From NCBI RefSeq assembly GCF_963921235.1, contig NC_086097.1, positions 50,904,001-50,968,000 on the forward strand: DNA of 64,000 nucleotides, given 5' to 3'. The position numbers were made by a program, and so were the translations under genes. Below, in pieces: positions 61,401 through 64,000 of the stretch. Position 1 is the stretch's first letter; each line of letters opens with the position of its first letter. A model generated the notes under the pieces. The model worked only from the letters and a program-made list of their open reading frames with translations, ran no database searches and was not told the DNA's origin. This stretch comes from Mobula hypostoma. Lineage: Eukaryota.

Positions 61401-61956
61401 ATCCTTTGGGGCAACAATAAATACATCATAGTAAATTCACCCAGTTCTGAACCTTGCAGGATCACATTGCCTTTTCAGCTTAAAAGGTAACATACTTTTG
61501 AGAAATGTCCTGAATCTCAAGCTATAATACTCACCCAGCTTTATGTCGCCATGATCTGTCAGTAAAATGTTGGCCCCCTGAAGGAAAACAGATCAATTTT
61601 AGAGGTCCAGTGGATAATTCCTGGTCAACAGCAACTAATAAGATCAGTACAGTTCTAAATTTTAATTTCCCTTCCCAGTCAAGGTATCTGATTGCCAGTT
61701 TCTATTAATACCACCTGATTCTTTTGTTTTACATATCAAAGGTTTCAACACGTATACTCGCTCAAAGACTTCATTTTCACTAACTTGATAGTTATTGTTA
61801 AATCAAACTTCACCAGTTTGATTTAACAATAAAAGACTTCTTTTTTTAAAAAAAGCTTGTTTAAAAACAGTTTCTAAATAAAATATAAATTTAGTAAAAC
61901 AAAGTCACCTTTATATCTCGGTGCATTTTTCCTTTGCTGTGCAAATAACCCAGACC
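918..61956 (-). CDS. MAP4K5: Mitogen-activated protein kinase kinase kinase kinase 5 (KHS1), partial multi-exon gene (19 core exons; 5' and 3' ends outside window)
   Basis: Spliced translation is continuous and phase-consistent: [79 protein letters not shown]...[49 protein letters not shown]...[58 protein letters not shown]. Motifs [24 protein letters not shown] and HRFPD match recalled MAP4K5 rather than MAP4K3. All core introns are GT-AG. Confidence 0.95.
1526..1640 (-). CDS. MAP4K5: MAP4K5 exon: (G)[37 protein letters not shown](R)
   Basis: 115 nt, CAG acceptor, GTAAGG donor, phase 1-2. Confidence 0.96.
2987..3356 (-). mobile_element. Short antisense CR1 3' fragment nested in ORF1 of the older CR1
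   Basis: Reverse-complement CR1 3' end (tagaatcatagaaaaagtacagcac...) interrupts the ORF1 reading. Confidence 0.7.
4104..4870 (-). mobile_element. RTE-clade LINE 3' fragment nested in CR1 ORF2
   Basis: [35 protein letters not shown] and C-terminal CPECGRTF motif typical of RTE; short (ACG)n-like tail. Confidence 0.85.
10540..11251. mobile_element. Composite non-autonomous hAT (Charlie-like) element with a nested second hAT derivative
   Basis: TIRs CAGGGGTCCCCAACC / GGTTGGGGACCGCTG; perfect 8-bp TSD GCTTAATA (10532-10539, 11252-11259); inner element 10635-11161 flanked by TGTTCAAG. Confidence 0.88.
11671..11726 (-). pseudogene. RNU4: U4 snRNA internal fragment (about nt 19-70: 5' stem-loop with K-turn plus stem I)
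   Basis: Minus strand TATCGTAGCCGATGAGGTTTACCCGAGGCGCGATTATTGCTTATTGAAA matches recalled human U4 nt 19-67 at 46/49; no stem II (nt 1-18), Sm site or 3' stem-loop. Confidence 0.85.
12689..13350 (+). mobile_element. Non-autonomous retroelement (CpG-rich AAGATGGCGGCG head, AT-rich 3' region, (TCTAA)n tail)
   Basis: Abrupt CpG-rich segment in an AT-rich intron, LINE-like simple-repeat tail, no credible coding ORF. Confidence 0.6.
13532..13592 (-). CDS. MAP4K5: MAP4K5 exon: [20 protein letters not shown](G)
   Basis: 61 nt, CAG acceptor, GTGTGT donor, phase 0-1. Confidence 0.94.
13655..14600 (+). mobile_element. Relatively young 5'-truncated CR1 LINE
   Basis: [41 protein letters not shown]; one stop; tail TTCTATGTTCTATG; begins about 60 nt from a MAP4K5 acceptor. 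Confidence 0.92.
14727..14806 (-). CDS. MAP4K5: MAP4K5 exon: (D)[26 protein letters not shown]
   Basis: 80 nt, TAG acceptor, GTAAGC donor, phase 1-0; 106-nt upstream intron. Confidence 0.96.
14913..14997 (-). CDS. MAP4K5: MAP4K5 exon: [28 protein letters not shown](D) (start of CNH domain)
   Basis: 85 nt, TAG acceptor, GTAATG donor, phase 0-1. Confidence 0.96.
15100..15770 (-). mobile_element. Decayed CR1 3' fragment
   Basis: [24 protein letters not shown] in ORF 15104..15508. Confidence 0.85.
15965..16545 (+). mobile_element. I-group (Nimb-like) LINE 3' end
   Basis: [17 protein letters not shown]...ESVEHV...C C-terminal zinc knuckle typical of I-group LINEs; 3' end GGTGGCAGTAATGCACC...ATAAAACAAGA; internal (GT)n. 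Confidence 0.7.
16394..16432. repeat. (GT)n microsatellite
   Basis: About 19-20 GT units read directly. Confidence 0.95.
16895..17940 (+). mobile_element. Decayed Rex1/Babar LINE fragment
   Basis: [26 protein letters not shown]; 3' end ATAATAATAAACCAATT. Confidence 0.8.
18100..18615 (+). mobile_element. Highly decayed CR1 fragment
   Basis: [20 protein letters not shown] remnants; ends just before the donor of exon 18637-18678. Confidence 0.6.
18637..18678 (-). CDS. MAP4K5: MAP4K5 exon: [14 protein letters not shown]
   Basis: 42 nt, TAG acceptor, GTAAGT donor, phase 0-0. Confidence 0.95.
18828..19346 (-). mobile_element. Rex1/Babar LINE 3' end
   Basis: [43 protein letters not shown]; tail (AATCT)n. 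Confidence 0.88.
19673..19726. repeat. 24-bp tandem duplication (2.25 copies of GGGAAGCAAGGACTCATGATTGAT)
   Basis: Read directly. Confidence 0.9.
20755..22365 (+). mobile_element. CR1 3' fragment split by an about 780-bp non-autonomous insertion (20983-21760)
   Basis: [13 protein letters not shown] before the insert and [19 protein letters not shown] after it; tail TTCTATGACTTTATGATTCTA. Confidence 0.8.
22841..22911 (-). CDS. MAP4K5: MAP4K5 exon: (E)[23 protein letters not shown]
   Basis: 71 nt, CAG acceptor, GTACGT donor, phase 1-0; matches recalled PQLPRKKDKRDFP. An upstream in-frame acceptor exists at 22962. Confidence 0.87.
24428..24632 (-). CDS. MAP4K5: MAP4K5 exon: [68 protein letters not shown](E)
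   Basis: 205 nt open frame, TAG acceptor, GTAAAG donor, phase 0-1; PDEE..TIK..RRQS motifs as in recalled MAP4K5. The donor position is less certain than the acceptor. Confidence 0.85.
25308..25356 (-). CDS. MAP4K5: MAP4K5 exon: [16 protein letters not shown] (proline-rich SH3-ligand motif)
   Basis: 49 nt, AAG acceptor, GTGAGT donor, phase 2-0; PPPLPPK conserved. Confidence 0.93.
25711..25752 (-). CDS. MAP4K5: Probable MAP4K5 cassette exon: [13 protein letters not shown](L)
   Basis: 42 nt, phase 2-2, TTTTAG acceptor, consensus GTAAGT donor; resembles recalled MAP4K3 GHVAHLEDDEGDDD. Confidence 0.75.
26757..26789 (-). CDS. MAP4K5: Candidate weak or vestigial MAP4K5 cassette exon: [10 protein letters not shown](P)
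   Basis: Pyrimidine-rich TTCTAATTTGTAG/TAG tandem acceptor, phase 2. Peptide resembles recalled MAP4K3 SLLKSVEEELHQR at the equivalent position. Donor is weak (CC|GTGGCT). Confidence 0.45.
28014..28430 (-). mobile_element. Putative solo LTR
   Basis: TG...CA ends, AATAAA on minus strand, internal duplicated motif, near-TSD TTCA/TACA; related sequence at about 63653-63755. Confidence 0.5.
28486..28547 (-). CDS. MAP4K5: MAP4K5 exon: [20 protein letters not shown](K)
   Basis: 62 nt, CAG acceptor, GTAAGT donor, phase 0-2; resembles recalled human WNPFVDGAN. Confidence 0.88.
28870..29370 (+). mobile_element. Decayed CR1 3' fragment
   Basis: Similarity to the other CR1 3' ends in the window (GGGCTGAAG..CC..TTCT..GCTCTATGACTC). 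Confidence 0.7.
29648..29706 (-). CDS. MAP4K5: MAP4K5 exon: (F)[19 protein letters not shown]
   Basis: 59 nt, CAG acceptor, GTAAGG donor, phase 1-0; conserved [10 protein letters not shown] motif. Confidence 0.94.
30060..31012 (+). mobile_element. Two adjacent or nested decayed CR1 fragments
   Basis: [27 protein letters not shown] [16 protein letters not shown]. Confidence 0.75.
31075..31612 (+). mobile_element. Rex1/Babar RT fragment
   Basis: [38 protein letters not shown]. Confidence 0.85.
31613..32045 (-). mobile_element. Internal CR1 ORF2 fragment (well preserved, no 3' tail)
   Basis: 142-aa open frame [42 protein letters not shown]. Confidence 0.88.
32763..35354 (-). mobile_element. 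hAT-superfamily DNA transposon, near full length, with disrupted spliced transposase
   Basis: TIRs CAGACATCCCACC / GGTGAGATGTCTG; flanking direct repeat CTTTAG; ORF pieces [13 protein letters not shown] (zinc-finger-like), [17 protein letters not shown] (DDE core, CxxH), [17 protein letters not shown] (hAT dimerization); CR1 tail inserted at about 34647-34778. Confidence 0.9.
35362..37640 (+). mobile_element. Decayed, internally deleted CR1 (ORF1 esterase-like plus ORF2 remnants)
   Basis: ORF1-type DNA similar to 3400-3700; NYRPVSL and [18 protein letters not shown] remnants. Confidence 0.8.
38110..39117 (+). mobile_element. Tc1-like transposon, internally deleted
   Basis: TIRs CAGTGTCTTGAAAAAGTATTCAGC / GCTGAATACTTTTACAAGGTACTG followed by TA; paired-like [40 protein letters not shown] from 38487; DDE domain largely missing. 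Confidence 0.88.
39125..39330 (+). mobile_element. Small RTE-type RT fragment
   Basis: [13 protein letters not shown] resembles the RT motif GVKQGCVLAPTLF. Confidence 0.55.
40265..41262 (+). mobile_element. Penelope-like retroelement 3' portion (RT C-terminus, GIY-YIG endonuclease, pLTR remnant)
   Basis: [59 protein letters not shown]. Confidence 0.85.
41863..41941 (-). CDS. MAP4K5: MAP4K5 exon: [26 protein letters not shown](F)
   Basis: 79 nt, TAG acceptor, GTAAGT donor, phase 0-1. Confidence 0.93.
42521..43081 (-). mobile_element. Deletion derivative (MITE) of the hAT element at 32763-35354
   Basis: Same TIRs and subterminal sequence, same transposase first exon; flanking repeat TCAACC; lies about 50 nt downstream of a MAP4K5 donor. 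Confidence 0.88.
43131..43247 (-). CDS. MAP4K5: MAP4K5 exon: [39 protein letters not shown]
   Basis: 117 nt, poly-T tract plus CAG acceptor, GTATGA donor, phase 0-0. Confidence 0.94.
44657..45492 (+). mobile_element. Rex1/Babar LINE inserted into the L1 zinc-knuckle coding region
   Basis: [42 protein letters not shown]; tail GGGATCAATAAAGTA. Confidence 0.88.
45757..47420 (-). mobile_element. Very young 5'-truncated CR1 LINE with intact RT frame, nested in L1
   Basis: About 520 uninterrupted codons with [36 protein letters not shown]; tail (TTTCTATG)n; short TTAT duplication at both flanks. Confidence 0.95.
48185..49510 (+). mobile_element. Decayed Rex1/Babar LINE with internal deletion
   Basis: Endonuclease-region DNA joined to KFADD.., then [18 protein letters not shown]. 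Confidence 0.75.
49629..49710 (-). CDS. MAP4K5: MAP4K5 exon: (W)[27 protein letters not shown]
   Basis: 82 nt, CAG acceptor, GTAAGT donor, phase 2-0. Confidence 0.95.
50054..50089 (-). ncRNA. Minimal type I hammerhead-ribozyme motif (sense to the MAP4K5 pre-mRNA)
   Basis: agtc-CTGACGA-agggtctcggtcc-GAAA-CG-TC-gact: helix I agtc/gact, conserved core boxes, palindromic ACGT helix III. Confidence 0.55.
50223..50258 (+). ncRNA. Minimal type I hammerhead-ribozyme motif
   Basis: agtc-CTGACGA-AGGgtctcggCCT-GAAA-CG-TC-gact; predicted cleavage after C50254. Confidence 0.6.
50633..51084. mobile_element. Second Penelope-derived inverted element
   Basis: 14-bp TSD ACAAGGAAATACAG (50619-50632, 51085-51098); inverted arms about 50826-50937 and 50950-51063; degenerate hammerhead at 50730-50765 (-). 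Confidence 0.75.
51283..51570 (-). mobile_element. tRNA-derived V-SINE (HE1-like)
   Basis: Minus strand GGTAGCATAGTGG (A-box-like), GAGTTCCATTCC (B-box-like), central CCCCGTG..TTTCCTCC..GGTTAATTGGTCATTGTAA domain, CR1-like 3' tail. Confidence 0.7.
52548..52610 (-). CDS. MAP4K5: MAP4K5 exon: (R)[20 protein letters not shown](W)
   Basis: 63 nt, TAG acceptor, GTGAGT donor, phase 2-2. Confidence 0.95.
52742..54730 (-). mobile_element. Rex1/Babar LINE, about 2 kb, 5'-truncated
   Basis: [61 protein letters not shown]; tail (TTCTGA)n. Confidence 0.92.
54740..56090 (+). mobile_element. Old CR1 fragment with a Penelope-derived insertion (about 55040-55170)
   Basis: Decayed CR1 ORF2 DNA; insert GCAGATTCTGGAAATC..GAGCCTTCATCAGG matches the family at 49992. 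Confidence 0.65.
56095..56545 (+). mobile_element. Decayed Penelope-derived element
   Basis: C-rich body ending GATGCTGCCTGACCTGTTGAGTTCCTCCA..TTCCAGCATC, same family as 49992 and 50633; further fragments at about 9510-9640 and 51865-51962. Confidence 0.6.
58308..58337. repeat. (TATC)n microsatellite tail of a LINE 3'-end remnant
   Basis: GGGAGCAATAAAGTATCTATCTATC... Confidence 0.85.
58584..58715 (-). CDS. MAP4K5: MAP4K5 exon: (W)[43 protein letters not shown](R)
   Basis: 132 nt, TAG acceptor, GT donor, phase 2-2; visible in ORF 58487..58759. Confidence 0.97.
59327..59399 (-). CDS. MAP4K5: MAP4K5 exon: (A)[23 protein letters not shown](W) (DFG and activation loop)
   Basis: 73 nt, CAG acceptor, GTAAAT donor, phase 1-2. 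Confidence 0.96.
61535..61577 (-). CDS. MAP4K5: MAP4K5 exon: [14 protein letters not shown](A)
   Basis: 43 nt, CAG acceptor, GTGAGT donor, phase 0-1. Confidence 0.95.
61909..61956 (-). CDS. MAP4K5: MAP4K5 exon: [16 protein letters not shown] (catalytic loop)
   Basis: 48 nt, phase 0-0, TAG acceptor and GTGACT donor. Confidence 0.95.
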
Positions 61957-62167
61957 CTACAAAGCAAGGTATATGTTGTTAACTACAAATAAAAGTATTC
62001 ACAAGGCAACACTGCAAAAACAAACACAGACAGGGACAGCCATTTGTCTCCTCTCATCCAAAAAAATCTGCAGTCTCTTGGAAAAATTCTCTTACAACTA
62101 TGTTTTTTGATTTCACTGCTCCAACAGAAAAGTTTCAAGTAACCTTTATGACATTACTCTTAATCAT

Positions 62168-62299
62168 CCCTTGAGTAAATACCTCTTTTAATATTAAAAA
62201 TAGTCAAATCTAAATATTGTGCTGCTCTTTAACCAGCCCTTGAGTAAATACCCCTTTCAATACTAAAAATAATCAAAACTAAATAGTGTGCTGCTCTTT
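62168..62299. repeat. Diverged 69-bp tandem duplication
   Basis: CCCTTGAGTAAATAC...TGTGCTGCTCTTT starts at 62168 and again at 62237. Confidence 0.85.
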
Positions 62300-62699
62300 C
62301 TATCACTGTTTTAATATACTATTTTGCAAACTATCTTACTTATTTAGCTATACAAAATTTCTATTTCTTTGCTAAATACTGTTACATAGTCAACTTTAGC
62401 CAGCCTCAGTTGACCAACTTAATTTCTACTTCCAAAACATAAACTCTATATACAAAATCAGACTAAAATTACCCAGGATCCTGTTTATTTCCAACCAGTA
62501 TCTAACCATTCTCAATTCCCCATTCAGTTCTGAACAATAGTTTCTTGGAATCCAGTTAATTTCTTTCACTTTTCTGGATTAAATCCTGCATTTCCACAGT
62601 GGTAACAGCATACCATGTAATCTTACACGCCAGTCTTTACTGACGAGCCACCTCAAAAATCTAGCAAAATTGTTAGTTTTTCCAACTCACTTAAAAAAA

Positions 62700-64000
62700 T
62701 GAAGTTAGATGTCTAAATATTTAAGCTTTGAGAGAGTACCTATTGTGATACCCCCTTAGGCAGTATATTCCAAATCCAACCGCTGAGTTTAAAAAAATCC
62801 TCTGTTCCCTGCTAAAGCTCTTGTCCCTTAATCTAAATTTACTCGTCTACTTTTGGACACTTCTGCTATCAGAAGCTTCCTACTATCAACTTTAAAAAAT
62901 GTCCCTCAGGTCTGTAAATTTCCATCAGCCTCATTGACTCCAAGGAGAACAGACTCAGCCTTTCCTTATAAATGAAGCACTCCTCCCAGGCAACATCCCA
63001 GGGAAATTCTACCGCACCCTCAAGTGTGGTCATAGACTTCCGATAATATGACAGTTAAAACGGTACAGGACTCCAGTGTCACCTTAAAAATGTTTTATAA
63101 ACTCGTACTACAACTTCTCTCAATATATGTAGTGTCCTGGCCAACGATGACAAATATCCATATGACTTCTATGTTGCTCCATCTCCATTGATCCTTGGAT
63201 TTGCACACCAAGATCCTTCTGACTTTGCTATCAATTCCTAACCCTTACTAATTCATCCAAAGTGCATCATCTTGCAATTATGAGGAATACTGCACACTTG
63301 TCCTGACAGAAACGTGGCTCCAGGACACCGCTGTTTATCTAGAAGATCTAGTCTCCTTTCGTGCAGACAGAATTGCTGCGACCTCCATAAAGACCCACGG
63401 AAGAAGTCTGTGCATCAATAAGAACTTGTGTGTGAATTCCTCAGTAGTAGGGCCCACTGCTCACCGCAAATAAGAGTTTTTAAATGGTGAAGTACAGACC
63501 CTTCTAATTCCGAGGGAGTTCACTCCCATGTGACTGTTGTTGTTGTTTACATCTCTGCTTGTGCTGGGGAAGGGCTGCAGCAGCTCTTCGGACCTCCAGA
63601 CTCAAAAACAGTTATTTTACCAAGCAGTCAGACTGATCAATACCCAGTTACCTGTTGCTGCAAGAATGAAGTCACTGGAGAAAGATACTGGTAGATTCAA
63701 AAGAGTGTCTTTATTCAACAAAACCAGGTATAGCAGGCATCATATGAGATACTACTTGGGCAGCGATTTGTTGGAAAAGTGATAGACTGCAGGACGTACA
63801 CCACAGTCTATTCGGCTATTTAAAAAATATTTTTGTATGCAATTATATATATTTGCCTTGAATATTAGCATAACATCACTACCTACAGAAAACATCCTAT
63901 CTGGATGCCTCACACTCCTATGGTAATCGCTCTGCCCGTGATGGCAAAAAAATTTCGGAAAGTTGTGGACACAGTTCAGTCCATCACAAAAACCAACCTC
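62700..64000. mobile_element. Mosaic of decayed CR1 (-), Rex1 (+) and LTR-like fragments
   Basis: Antisense CR1-like DNA 62700-63280; TETWL endonuclease-type motif near 63305; LTR-like piece 63653-63755; Rex1-like DNA after 63860. Confidence 0.55.

Noticed and set aside
918..61956. Assignment to MAP4K3 or MAP4K2
   Set aside because: Diagnostic segments ([42 protein letters not shown]) follow recalled MAP4K5; only the two small linker exons look MAP4K3-like.

Overview
Eukaryotic (vertebrate) genomic DNA, most likely a cartilaginous fish (ray/shark), judged from the repeat landscape of CR1/HER1-type LINEs, a V-SINE, Rex1/Babar LINEs and Penelope-derived repeats. The window lies inside one protein-coding gene on the minus strand: MAP4K5 (KHS1, STE20/GCK-I kinase). 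I reconstructed 19 core GT-AG exons with consistent phases, from the catalytic loop (HRDIK, 61909-61956) through the rest of the kinase domain and the proline-rich linker into the CNH domain (918-976). Both ends of the gene are outside the window. Almost all long ORFs in the supplied track are transposon remnants: CR1, RTE, Rex1/Babar, L1/Tx1, I/Nimb, Penelope, hAT and Tc1. The most notable observations are: (1) minimal, dimer-type hammerhead-ribozyme motifs in Penelope-derived inverted-repeat insertions, one in the sense strand of the MAP4K5 pre-mRNA; (2) a CpG-retaining internal U4 snRNA fragment (5' stem-loop with K-turn) in sense orientation in an intron; (3) two small candidate cassette exons resembling a linker segment of the paralog MAP4K3; (4) a hAT family with apparent 6-bp TSDs whose derivatives carry a sense splice donor; (5) several nested-insertion structures. 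Repeat boundaries are approximate unless TIRs or TSDs are cited. Family and homology assignments come from recalled sequences and motifs, not from database searches.
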